NCBI GenBank assembly: GCA_049968235.1
Contig: JBMFRC010000005.1
Coordinates: forward strand, 121,444 to 185,443
Direction: 5' to 3'
Source: Candidatus Hydrogenedens sp.
Lineage (GTDB): Bacteria > Hydrogenedentota > Hydrogenedentia > Hydrogenedentales > Hydrogenedentaceae
Length of the DNA stretch: 64,000 nt
Part shown: piece after piece, positions 43,348 to 53,285 of the stretch
Layout: each line of letters begins with the position of its first letter
Numbering within the stretch: the first letter of the stretch is position 1
Program-made: the position numbers and the translations under genes
The notes under the pieces: model-generated
What the model was told of the DNA's origin: nothing
Seen by the model: the letters and a program-made list of their open reading frames with translations, nothing else
The model's database searches: none

Positions 43348-45570
43348 ATGTATAACAAAGTGATATCTATTATTTCCTTTATGTTATTTGTTATTGTTCC
43401 TGTGATATTTTCGGATGTATCATCAACAATAACATATTCTTCATTAACAGGAACCACAGATAAGTTTAAGATATTGCAAACATGGACAGAAAAAAGCATA
43501 AACAAATCAGATATGTTTCTTAAAGGGGTTATTTTTGAAAATCTACAAACAGGTGAAGTGTCCGAAGTTTATTTTCAGGGCGAGCAGATTTTATCCGAAG
43601 AACAAATTGAAGATGCAGGTATAAGGAAGAAATTAGGAAGGACAATTGGAGAGGTTTCTACTTCTGCCGAACCCGCAATTGCTATTACACCGTTAGAAAA
43701 ATTTATTAAAGAGAGAGAGGAAGTTTTTCAAGTATTGGCTAAAGCCACTACTCCACCTGTTACTATTACATTACCTTCACTTCCAAAAGAAAAATTGTTG
43801 GAAGAAGAAAAATCCGCTTCTGCCACTTTAGAAAAAGGTGTTTTTCGCATAGGAATTGTTCAATCTTTATCCAAATCTATTGAGGTTACAGGTCTTACAA
43901 GTTCAGAAGGGTTCTGGCAGGTGCTTCCCGATGCATCCTTACTCTGGATGATGGATATATACTATCCAGAAAGTTTAGGTGTTCGTGTAAGAATAGAGCC
44001 TGTAATGGAAAATCCTGTCTCAGATGCACTGTTCTGGGTGGTGGATGCTAAAAAAACGACTGAAGGTATATGGGGTCCTTTCTCTCTTCAAGAAATAAAA
44101 AAGATAGATGGTTGGTTACCCACATGTTTTACAGACAGAATAACCGTAGTTTGTTGGGTCCCAGCAGATAAAAGTGTTGAAGATGTTGTATTTAAAATTA
44201 AAGAAGTAATAGGAATATACCAGGACCCGATGTCCTTGCTTGCAAAAGCGGGAAGTTGTAATCTGGATGTTACCTGCTATCCGGATTGGTATGATACGAG
44301 TAAGGGAATAATAGGTTTAGGAATTGTAGGAACTCCTTATGCCCTTTTTTGTACAGGAACGCTAATTAATGATAATGACCCCTGCACTCAAATCCCGTAT
44401 GTTCTTACCGCAAACCATTGTGTTAATTCGCAGACAGGCACGCGGGGTGGTGATTCCCTTGAATTTTACTGGTTTTATCAGACCGCTACCTGTAATGGAG
44501 TTCCCCCTTCTTTATCCACAGTTCCACGAACAACAGGAGGGGCAGATTATCTTGCTGGAATGAGCGGAACCGCTTCTTATGGAGGAGGGAATGATTTTAC
44601 TTTATTGCGAATGAGAAATAACCCACCTGTTGGAGCAGTATATGTAGGCTGGACAACTATGGTCCCTGCTCTCGGGACATCGGTAACGGATGTTCACCAT
44701 CCTTCGGGTAGTTATAAACGAATTAGTTTCGGGTCAAAAACAAATATTGATAATCCTTTTTCTAACTTTTTTCATGAAGTCCAATGGAGTCAGGGAACAA
44801 CAGAGCCAGGTTCCTCCGGCAGTCCTTTAATGCTCACTTCTACACAGCAGATTATTGGGCAATTATGGGGAGGAGGGGCTTCTTGTAGCACGCCCGACGA
44901 GCCTGATTATTTCGGAAGGTTTGATGTTACTTACAATTTCACACAGCAATATTTAGAACAGCCTAAAGTGCGTTTCTATCAACAAACACTTACAATTACG
45001 GAGGCAAATACAACAAAACAAATGCTTGTTTTGCTAAGTTCACCTGCCCGGACTTCAGAAAGTAGTGTGGAATTAGAAATAGAAACTATCAATGCCCAGC
45101 AGGGAATAGACTTTACTATTTCTCCCAATCCTGTATCCTTCTCGCAGAATGCTACACAAGCAAATGTAACAATAACTTTTTTTGACAATACACATACGGA
45201 ATCAGACAAAACGGTGAGAATAACCTTCCGTAATCCTCTATGCATACGATTTGATACAACCAATCAGATGTATGAAATCACAATTTTGGACAATGACATT
45301 GACTCAGATGGAGATGGTCTATCTGATTATGACGAAAGTAATGGAGTATTCGGATATGTTTCCGACCCTAACAAAACAGATACGGATAATGATGGTATAT
45401 CCGATTATGATGAGGTTCGTGGAACTTATGGTTTTATTACAAATCCGTCTCATCGAGATACAGATGGTGACCGTGTGAATGATTGGCTTGAAATCCACAA
45501 TGGCACTGACCCAACTGACCCTTATGATGCTCCTCCCCTTCCTTCGTTATTTATCCCATGGTTTAACTAA
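43348..45570 (+). CDS. paralogous secreted S1 serine endopeptidase with C-terminal beta-domain and thrombospondin-type-3-like Ca-binding repeats
   Basis: Signal peptide. 'LTANHCV', 'DFTLLRM', 'GSSGSPLM'; same block order as upstream paralog. 'DSDGDGLSDYDE', 'DTDNDGISDYDE', 'DTDGDRVNDWLE' repeats. Confidence 0.65.
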   Translation: MYNKVISIISFMLFVIVPVIFSDVSSTITYSSLTGTTDKFKILQTWTEKSINKSDMFLKGVIFENLQTGEVSEVYFQGEQILSEEQIEDAGIRKKLGRTIGEVSTSAEPAIAITPLEKFIKEREEVFQVLAKATTPPVTITLPSLPKEKLLEEEKSASATLEKGVFRIGIVQSLSKSIEVTGLTSSEGFWQVLPDASLLWMMDIYYPESLGVRVRIEPVMENPVSDALFWVVDAKKTTEGIWGPFSLQEIKKIDGWLPTCFTDRITVVCWVPADKSVEDVVFKIKEVIGIYQDPMSLLAKAGSCNLDVTCYPDWYDTSKGIIGLGIVGTPYALFCTGTLINDNDPCTQIPYVLTANHCVNSQTGTRGGDSLEFYWFYQTATCNGVPPSLSTVPRTTGGADYLAGMSGTASYGGGNDFTLLRMRNNPPVGAVYVGWTTMVPALGTSVTDVHHPSGSYKRISFGSKTNIDNPFSNFFHEVQWSQGTTEPGSSGSPLMLTSTQQIIGQLWGGGASCSTPDEPDYFGRFDVTYNFTQQYLEQPKVRFYQQTLTITEANTTKQMLVLLSSPARTSESSVELEIETINAQQGIDFTISPNPVSFSQNATQANVTITFFDNTHTESDKTVRITFRNPLCIRFDTTNQMYEITILDNDIDSDGDGLSDYDESNGVFGYVSDPNKTDTDNDGISDYDEVRGTYGFITNPSHRDTDGDRVNDWLEIHNGTDPTDPYDAPPLPSLFIPWFN

Positions 45571-46477
45571 TATTTAATTCTTTTGCATTCTCATAAATAA
45601 ACCGGATATGAAGGATAGTCCTGTAAGTATTTGCATATTAAATTACAATTATAATCACGATAATTATGTTTGTGTTTCAGAGGGATTATTTATAATTGAG
45701 ACTTCTAAACAGGTGGTGTAAGAGGTAAGGGTATAAGTAATATATGTTTTTACGAGATAAAATCTCGATGAGAAAATAAAATACAAGAGTCTGTATCTCT
45801 ATTTTACCCATTTTATTTGTTATTTTTCGTCAGTTCTTCTATCTTCTTATTACCTATGCATATCTCCCTTCTTACTCCCTTAATCCCCATACATCCACTT
45901 CAAATCATATGCAGTCATTAACAATAAATGATATGTTCCTCTCTCTGTGTCCTCTGTACCCCTCCATATCCTCCGTGGTGAAAAAAAGTAAAAAGATCTC
46001 TGAGTTCTTCCGTGTCTTTCGTGGTGGAAAAAGAAATAATCACCACAGAAAACACAGAGAAATACGGAGAAAAAAGTCGTTTTACTACCACCATTCAAAT
46101 TACTTGCAAAAAGAACTTAAAGAAGTCATCACTCACAGACAAACAATAAACAAAATAGTAAAGACGGAAGTCTCCACTCTCCCCAGTTTGACTTATACAC
46201 TCCCCTCTACTCATCTACATTCCAATTTCTCCCCCAGGGTTATCCTTTACATCACTCTCAAACATTTCTCTCATTATGTCGGTCTTTATTTTGTTACTGC
46301 ATAATCCAAAAACTCACCTGCTTTACCAATTCCATCATACCACGCATTTTCTTTTCCCTTACCCTTCCTGTATCTAATCTTTCATATACTATTTATCGTA
46401 TATGTTTTATTCAGAGGTCTCCAATGCTTTTTCCCAATAATTATTTGGCGGTAGTAAACACGGACTTACCCTATCAA

Positions 46478-49051
46478 TTAAATCGTGATTAGCAAAGAAA
46501 TAGGTCTGTCTTTTTCCATATCTGTTGTAAGGGACAAAATTCCTTCATTGTTGATATGGAATTGAGAAAATTTTGAACCATTCAGATATACTTTGATTTG
46601 ACCGGAGGAGGAACGAATAGATGGATTTAATTTGATGCATAAGTTTATACTTCCGTAGCACACAGGGGAATATCGTAATTCAATTTTTTCCGGTTCATAG
46701 CTATAAGAAATAAGGGTTGTGTGTAGATGGAAGTTATTAAATGGCAGGTTGGGGTTAATAAATAAAGAACCTTTATGGGGACAGAGACCGAACATTTTCA
46801 ATACTGCGAATAAGATACTTGCATGACAATTCATATTCATTATGGGGAATTGCGTCATAGGTGTAAAGTTCAGGCAGAAAGTTTCCCCCGCTCGTGGATG
46901 TTCCGCAGAATTATAAGCATCCGGTCCAGACCAAATTCCATACCAAATATGTGGGTAAACCTCTGCATGGGTGAAAAGTGTATTTTTCAGCAGGAAATCC
47001 CATGCTTCCTGAGGATTGCATTCTGACCATGCCCATGATAACCATGCATTAATGGCATACCATACTCCACCATTTGTATCGGAACCGGGCTCTAAAAACC
47101 TACCTTGCATCGGAGGAACAAGACAGGTAGCACCGAAAGGTTGTGTATCAACGCAATTCTCTTTTATGGTTTTGATTAATCTATTTTTTTCTCTGTTATC
47201 TAATAGGTTAGCGAGAATTGCAAAAGGTTGAACATCTAAAAATAAATTGTCCTCTCCTAATTTTCTATCTCCTATACCCGTATATCCCCGGGGAAACCAT
47301 TTCTCATTCCACAAAGATTTGAGTATTTCCCGTTGTGTTTGTGCAAAGTCATTCATACTTGTTGATAGAAGGGAATTATAAGGTTGTATCCATTGGGCTA
47401 TTTCCGGTAAAACAAGCACAGACATTGCTGAATTAAAAACAGATTCACCCTTCAATATAGTAATGGGAGGAAACGGCGAAAAGGCAAGAAATACATCATT
47501 CCAATCACCCGTGCCACTTCTAATTAATCCATGCTTCCCTGTAGATACTTTATGAGTTAGATGATAAAATGCTCTTTCAATATGCGACAGGAATGGTGCT
47601 CCATGCGAGAAATGTTTATTTTGAAAGGGAACTTCTTCATAAAGTAGTGTTGTATCGAAAGTTGCCCCCAGATATTCGGAAATAGCCCAAAGAAAGAATA
47701 AATCAAAATCGGAACTCCATGAATGCACTCCGGCTCCTGTAGATTTCCCATTTCCAACAAGAGCATAAGGTAACTTTCCTGTCTTTGTATCCTGTAATTG
47801 TCCCAGAAAGAGCAACATTTCGCGGGCAAGGCCAGGACGGAGGTAAATTAATGGAATAATAAAAAATGCCCAATCACGCGGAGCCCCGGAAGCCCCATGA
47901 ATAAACCCGTATGCAGAACCCTGGTCAACAAAATAACGATTAAAATATTCGGAATACACACATCCGGCTTGAAGGTAATAGGAATGCCATTGTAGTTCTC
48001 TATCGATAGGCTCTTTTAGTTCAGGTATATAAATAGCAACATATCTTGTATCTCTTTTTGTATCTGTCGAAAAACTATATTTTGATTTATACTCCCTAAC
48101 TTTTTCTATAGAACCATATCCAACTAAATATCTCCGGATAATTTCTTCGTCTCCTCTTAAAAGAATCTTTTCTACAAAACTTAAAAGGTTACAATACTTA
48201 TCCGAGGTTTTCCTTCTTTGAGAAAATATTTTTTCATCACAAAATGAATGGATAAAACTCTCCAGGAGAATTTTATTTGTAAATAGATATTGTGGGGTTT
48301 GATTATTTAAAGAGGATATAAAAAAGGTATCAACAGGTAAGACGGACCATGAACTTTTTCTATCGCTCTGTTTTTTATGTATGAATTGAACAATGACTGT
48401 ATCTTTATCGGTTATACATTGGGCGCGGTTCTGGATGCTCCTTCCTTTCTTTTTACGAAGCATGTTCCAGAATTTGTTATATGGAGGTGTCATAACAAGC
48501 CCCGGATTGATTGGGAACCAGTTCGGTTCCCATATCGGAATCACATATAGATTTTGAGTTTTTTGAGTATTATTTTTTATTTTTAATTCATGAATAAGTA
48601 TAGAATCTTTTCCATCTGGAGCGGAAAAGGTTTCCTCTACACACAAACATGAGTTCTCAACGATTTTGTGAATATATCCACAACCCCAAATAATCTCATA
48701 GTGTGTATTATTATGAGTATTTTCAAGATATGTACATAATCTCGTTTTATCTGAAAAAATCCAGCAGTATCCTCCTCCCTTCATATCGTGTTCAGGGTCG
48801 TAACAATTAAGAATTTGTGGACCCCTGTCCCATGCATATATTTGCACGAACCCCTTTGCATGTGCTGTTGCTGTGATGTGGTCATTCCCGACGAGATGCC
48901 AGACATCTGTATCCATTGTTTTTTCGATATTCAAGTGATAGCAGGGGTTCCCGTGTTTATCTTTATTCCAATACCCAAACTGACCTGCCCCAACATCGGG
49001 ACATACATTAAACGAATTTTCAAAGACTTCCGAAGTGGAAATAGACTGCAT
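46478..49051 (-). CDS. large (alpha/alpha)6 six-hairpin glycoside hydrolase/phosphorylase-like protein (GH94/GH116-like)
   Basis: 857 aa. 'SGTGDWNDVF' (the GDWND motif of six-hairpin glycosidases/phosphorylases), 'GGVWYAINAWLSWAW'. No signal peptide. Family not resolved. Confidence 0.45.
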   Translation of the reverse strand: MQSISTSEVFENSFNVCPDVGAGQFGYWNKDKHGNPCYHLNIEKTMDTDVWHLVGNDHITATAHAKGFVQIYAWDRGPQILNCYDPEHDMKGGGYCWIFSDKTRLCTYLENTHNNTHYEIIWGCGYIHKIVENSCLCVEETFSAPDGKDSILIHELKIKNNTQKTQNLYVIPIWEPNWFPINPGLVMTPPYNKFWNMLRKKKGRSIQNRAQCITDKDTVIVQFIHKKQSDRKSSWSVLPVDTFFISSLNNQTPQYLFTNKILLESFIHSFCDEKIFSQRRKTSDKYCNLLSFVEKILLRGDEEIIRRYLVGYGSIEKVREYKSKYSFSTDTKRDTRYVAIYIPELKEPIDRELQWHSYYLQAGCVYSEYFNRYFVDQGSAYGFIHGASGAPRDWAFFIIPLIYLRPGLAREMLLFLGQLQDTKTGKLPYALVGNGKSTGAGVHSWSSDFDLFFLWAISEYLGATFDTTLLYEEVPFQNKHFSHGAPFLSHIERAFYHLTHKVSTGKHGLIRSGTGDWNDVFLAFSPFPPITILKGESVFNSAMSVLVLPEIAQWIQPYNSLLSTSMNDFAQTQREILKSLWNEKWFPRGYTGIGDRKLGEDNLFLDVQPFAILANLLDNREKNRLIKTIKENCVDTQPFGATCLVPPMQGRFLEPGSDTNGGVWYAINAWLSWAWSECNPQEAWDFLLKNTLFTHAEVYPHIWYGIWSGPDAYNSAEHPRAGETFCLNFTPMTQFPIMNMNCHASILFAVLKMFGLCPHKGSLFINPNLPFNNFHLHTTLISYSYEPEKIELRYSPVCYGSINLCIKLNPSIRSSSGQIKVYLNGSKFSQFHINNEGILSLTTDMEKDRPISLLITI

Positions 49052-49059
49052 GAGATTTC

Positions 49060-49872
49060 TTATTCAGGATGTTTTTCGATTTTTGTGGCATCTACTAATG
49101 ATTTTACATATTTAACAAAATCATCTTTCCATTGAGGATTATTCGTATGCTCTTTCAAATATCGAACAAAAGCGGAACCAACAATCACACCATCAGATAC
49201 AGAAGCGACAAAGGAAGCATGTTCCGGTTTAGATATACCAAATCCGACCAGAATGGGCAAATTGGTGTATTTCTTTATCCGTTCCACAGATGTAGATAAG
49301 TCTGTAGCAATATTATCTTTTTCACCGGTAACACCTAATCGCGACACATAATACACAAATCCAGAACATTTTTGGACGATATGTTGTATCCGTTCTTCAG
49401 GACTATTCGGAGCCACTAAAAAAACCGTTGATAGGTGATTTTTTTCTGCTTCTGTTTTATAAGTATCCGCTTCTTCCACAGGTAAATCTACACAGAGTAT
49501 TCCGTCCACACCGGCTTCTGCTGACTTTCTTAGGAATGCAGGGATTCCCTGGACAAGAACTGGGTTAAAATAGGTAAAAAGGAGAATGGGGATTTCCGTT
49601 TTTTTTCGTATATGGGCAATCCATTCCAGAACCTTTGTGGGAGTAGTTCCTTTTAATAGTGACTGATACGAAGCATCTTGAATAATCGGTCCATCACCGA
49701 CCGGATCTGAAAAAGGAACGCCTACTTCTACAATATCAACACCGGCTTCATTCATCGCAAGTATAATTGTTTCAAAATAATCCGGTGAAGGATAACCAGC
49801 AGTTATATATGCTACGAAAGTTTTTTCGTTTTTTTGTTTTAATGTTTTCAATTTTTCTTCAATTCTGTTCAT
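49060..49872 (-). CDS. trpA: tryptophan synthase alpha chain
   Basis: 'FVAYITAGYPSPDYF...VDIVEVGVPFSDPVGDGPIIQ', 'GFGISKPEH'. Start set at 'MNRIEEKL' 4 nt after the trpB stop; track start 49926 is alternative. Confidence 0.9.
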   Translation of the reverse strand: MNRIEEKLKTLKQKNEKTFVAYITAGYPSPDYFETIILAMNEAGVDIVEVGVPFSDPVGDGPIIQDASYQSLLKGTTPTKVLEWIAHIRKKTEIPILLFTYFNPVLVQGIPAFLRKSAEAGVDGILCVDLPVEEADTYKTEAEKNHLSTVFLVAPNSPEERIQHIVQKCSGFVYYVSRLGVTGEKDNIATDLSTSVERIKKYTNLPILVGFGISKPEHASFVASVSDGVIVGSAFVRYLKEHTNNPQWKDDFVKYVKSLVDATKIEKHPE

Positions 49873-49876
49873 ATTT

Positions 49877-51103
49877 TTATGTGTCCAGTTTGATAAATTT
49901 TGATGCATGTTCAACATCTTTATCACCCCGACCGGAAAGGTTCACAAGAATGATATGGTCTTTGGGTCTGCGGGGAGCTTCTTTTAATACATACGCAATA
50001 GCATGAGAACTTTCCAATGCTGGAATTATCCCTTCTAATCGGGCACATAACTGAAATGCGTTCAATGCTTCGTCATCCATAGCATAGGTATATTTAACTC
50101 TGCCGGAAGAATAAAGCCATGCATGTTCCGGTCCGACACTGGCGTAATCCAGACCTGCGGATATGCTATGAGTAGTTCCAATTTGACCGTATTCATCCTG
50201 TAACACATAACTTTGGGCACCATGCAACATTCCGAAACTTCCACCTGCGAATCGTGCTGCATGCATTCCGGGTGCAATGGCTTTACCACCTGCTTCAACA
50301 CCAACCATTTCAATATCTTTATCATTTAAAAATTCATAAAACAATCCCATAGCATTGCTACCCCCACCGACGCAGGCAACCAGCATATTGGGTATTTTGC
50401 CTGTTTTTTCGAGAATTTGTTGTCGGGCTTCTATCCCGATAATTTTTTGGAATTCCCGACATATCCATGGGAAAGGATGAGGTCCATGGACTGTCCCTAA
50501 AACATAATGAGTATTCTTCACATTCAACGACCAATCGCGTAGCGCCTCATTAATAGCATCTTTTAATGTTTTGCTACCTGCATCAACACCTATAACCTGG
50601 GCACCTAATAGTCGCATACGAAATACATTTAATCGTTGTCGCTCCATATCTTCAGTACCCATATAAATACAGCAGTCCAGATCTAACAATGCGGATGCGG
50701 TAGCGGTTGCGACACCATGTTGACCGGCCCCTGTTTCTGCAATTACACGCGTTTTCCCCATTCGCTTTGTTAATAAACACTGACCTAAGGCATTATTAAT
50801 TTTGTGAGCACCCGTATGAGCCAGATCTTCTCGCTTAAAGTATATCCGGGCACCTCCTAAATATTCTGTCAATCGTTGGGCAAAATGTAAAGGTGTCGGT
50901 CTACCTACATAATCCCGAGCATAATTTTGAAAGGTGTTCTGAAATTCTGTATCTTCGCGTGCGGAACGGAAAACTCGCTCCAATTCCTCTAATGCGGAAA
51001 ATAAAGTTTCGGGGACAAAACGCCCGCCGAAATCTCCATATCTGCCTTTATCATCAGGATAAGGCGTTTTTTGCTCTGTAAATAAATTCTCTGACAAGAT
51101 TCG
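49877..51103 (-). CDS. trpB: tryptophan synthase beta chain
   Basis: '[15 protein letters not shown]', PLP-Lys 'HTGAHKINN', 'GGGSNAMG'. Start uncertain (M29 of track ORF used; overlaps trpF by ~50 nt). Confidence 0.9.
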   Translation of the reverse strand, partial: RILSENLFTEQKTPYPDDKGRYGDFGGRFVPETLFSALEELERVFRSAREDTEFQNTFQNYARDYVGRPTPLHFAQRLTEYLGGARIYFKREDLAHTGAHKINNALGQCLLTKRMGKTRVIAETGAGQHGVATATASALLDLDCCIYMGTEDMERQRLNVFRMRLLGAQVIGVDAGSKTLKDAINEALRDWSLNVKNTHYVLGTVHGPHPFPWICREFQKIIGIEARQQILEKTGKIPNMLVACVGGGSNAMGLFYEFLNDKDIEMVGVEAGGKAIAPGMHAARFAGGSFGMLHGAQSYVLQDEYGQIGTTHSISAGLDYASVGPEHAWLYSSGRVKYTYAMDDEALNAFQLCARLEGIIPALESSHAIAYVLKEAPRRPKDHIILVNLSGRGDKDVEHASKFIKLDT

Positions 51104-51671
51104 CATCCTTCTTACCGGGATATTCTTCCACCCCTGTGGATACATCAACCGCATAAGGGCGGACTTTTTGAACGGCTTCAACAACATTATCTATATTTAA
51201 TCCCCCCGCAAGAATAATCGGTTTTCCTGTTTCCACTGCTTCTCGGGCTTTTTCCCAATTGCAGACTTCTCCCGTGCCACCATGGGCTTTACCTATCTTC
51301 GTATCAAGCAAATAACCCCGAACTTTATAGGACAGCATATTTTTGAGAGAGAAATGTTCATCAACAGCGAAAGATTTGATAATAGATTGTCCTAATGGAA
51401 TGTCCTCCGCTGTTTCTTCGCCACTCATCTGTATGAGGTCAAAGTAGGTTAGATACCGAACCCAATTTTCCATTGGCTCATTTACAATAACACCTATTGT
51501 GGTAACAAAAGGAGGAATTACTTCCAATATTTCAATAGCTTCTTCAAAGGGGACATAACGATTTCGCACCTTTGCTTCCGGAGCCATAACAATTCCGATA
51601 GCATCTGCTCCAGCATCACATGCCATTAGTGCATCTTCTTTGTTTGTGATACCACAAATTTTAACCTTCAT
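51054..51671 (-). CDS. trpF: phosphoribosylanthranilate isomerase
   Basis: '[26 protein letters not shown]'. 205 aa. Confidence 0.85.
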   Translation of the reverse strand: MKVKICGITNKEDALMACDAGADAIGIVMAPEAKVRNRYVPFEEAIEILEVIPPFVTTIGVIVNEPMENWVRYLTYFDLIQMSGEETAEDIPLGQSIIKSFAVDEHFSLKNMLSYKVRGYLLDTKIGKAHGGTGEVCNWEKAREAVETGKPIILAGGLNIDNVVEAVQKVRPYAVDVSTGVEEYPGKKDANLVREFIYRAKNALS

Positions 51672-52449
51672 ACTTACCTTTTCCTAAAAGCCATTGAATA
51701 AAATCCTCAGGCTTTCGACTATATAAAATTGATTCTCCAATAAGAAAAGATTGGACACCGTGTTCGTAAAATTTTTGTATTGTTTGGGGATGGCTTATCC
51801 CACTTTCACTCACTACAATATAATCCTCAGGGATGTTTTTTTTCAACCGTAGTGTCGTTTCTATATCTACTTCAAGTGTATCGAGGTCACGGTTGTTAAT
51901 ACCTATAATCTTTGCACCTGCATCTATGGCTCGTTCAACTTCATTTTCATTATGCACCTCCACCAGAGGTTCCATTTCTAATTCGCGGGTTAGACTTAAA
52001 AAATCTTTCAACTGCATATCTGATAAAATTCGGACAATCAACAGAAGTGTATCCGCATGATGGACTCGCGTTTCATAAATTTGATATTCGTCAATAATAA
52101 ATTCTTTACGGAGGCAGGGTATCTGAACCGTGTGATGTGCTTCCGTAAGGTCCTGCAAACTACCGTGGAAATATTTAGCATCTGTCAATACAGAAATAGC
52201 GGATGCACCAGCCGTTTGATACCTAAAAGATAATTCCGAAGGATTTAAATCTTCCCATATCGGTCCCCTTGATGGAGAATGCCTTTTGATTTCTGCAATA
52301 AGGGTAGGACCTGTATGCATTAAAGCAGAGATGAAGCAACGCGGTTTCTCGGTACTTTTTATCTTTTCATACAGAGACACTATGGAGATTTCTCTTTTTC
52401 TGTCTTGAATTTCAATCTTTTTATTTCGAACTATTTCATCTAAAATCAT
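51661..52449 (-). CDS. trpC: indole-3-glycerol phosphate synthase
   Basis: 'MILDEIVRNKKIEI', 'LIAEIKRHSPSRG', 'GINNRDL'. Confidence 0.88.
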   Translation of the reverse strand: MILDEIVRNKKIEIQDRKREISIVSLYEKIKSTEKPRCFISALMHTGPTLIAEIKRHSPSRGPIWEDLNPSELSFRYQTAGASAISVLTDAKYFHGSLQDLTEAHHTVQIPCLRKEFIIDEYQIYETRVHHADTLLLIVRILSDMQLKDFLSLTRELEMEPLVEVHNENEVERAIDAGAKIIGINNRDLDTLEVDIETTLRLKKNIPEDYIVVSESGISHPQTIQKFYEHGVQSFLIGESILYSRKPEDFIQWLLGKGKYEG

Positions 52450-52633
52450 ACGCTCTTAGACCTTATTCTCCAATAGAAAGCAATAGTATATTCTAAATTG
52501 CACTGTAAAGGCACATTGATATATAAGCAAAAAAAATATCGATTATTTTGTGTGGTTTGCTCAAAAGACTACAAAATTGATAAACTTATAGAGGAAGGAT
52601 AATAAGAATAATAAATTTTTTGAAAGGGGCATT

Positions 52634-53257
52634 TTGAACAAAAAGTGCAAAACTACAGAAAAATATACTCCTGAATTTGAACAGGAAGTTGTAAAATATA
52701 TTGACCTCGTGTTCAGTGTCGCTTTTCGGCTTACCCGTAATCGCGAAGATGCGGAGGATTTAACACAAAGCACTATGGTCAAAGCGTTCCGTTTTCATGA
52801 ACAATTCGAAAAGGGAACAAATTTAAAGGCATGGCTTCTCACGATATTGCGTAATACTTTTATTAATGAATTTCGTAAAAAGTCCAAAGAACCTACCAAA
52901 GTGGAATTGTTAGGAAATGAACCTGCAAAAAGTTCTTCCCCGGACACAAAAGTTCCGGGTGTCGTGGCACAGCCCGATGAATATGAACATTTATTAGAAC
53001 TTTTAGATGACCCTGTGCGAAAAGCATTAGATTCTTTGCCAACCGAATTCCGTATAGCAGTGATAATGTCCGATTTGCAGGATTACTCTTATAAAGAAAT
53101 TGCAGATGTGATGAAATGCCCTATCGGAACTGTTATGTCACGTCTTTTTCGTGGCAGACGCTTGATACGGGAATACCTTGAGAGAATCAAAAATGAACCA
53201 GACAATCCTCCACCGCCTACCGGGACACGATTGCGTAAACAACGCTCAACGGTTTAA
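52634..53257 (+). CDS. ECF-type RNA polymerase sigma factor (sigma-70 regions 2 and 4)
   Basis: Region 2 'YIDLVFSVAFRLTRNREDAEDLTQSTMVKAF...WLLTILRN'. Region 4 'YSYKEIADVMKCPIGTVMSRLFRGR'. No adjacent anti-sigma recognisable. Confidence 0.8.
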   Translation: MNKKCKTTEKYTPEFEQEVVKYIDLVFSVAFRLTRNREDAEDLTQSTMVKAFRFHEQFEKGTNLKAWLLTILRNTFINEFRKKSKEPTKVELLGNEPAKSSSPDTKVPGVVAQPDEYEHLLELLDDPVRKALDSLPTEFRIAVIMSDLQDYSYKEIADVMKCPIGTVMSRLFRGRRLIREYLERIKNEPDNPPPPTGTRLRKQRSTV

Positions 53258-53285
53258 CATGACCATAAATATGAGAAGTTAACAA

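Noticed and set aside
51054-51187. 134-nt overlap between trpB and trpF implied by the longest trpB ORF
   Set aside because: Attributed to an over-extended ORF. Internal Met (MRILSENL, ~51103) fits TrpB N-terminal conservation. Remaining ~50-nt overlap is plausible.
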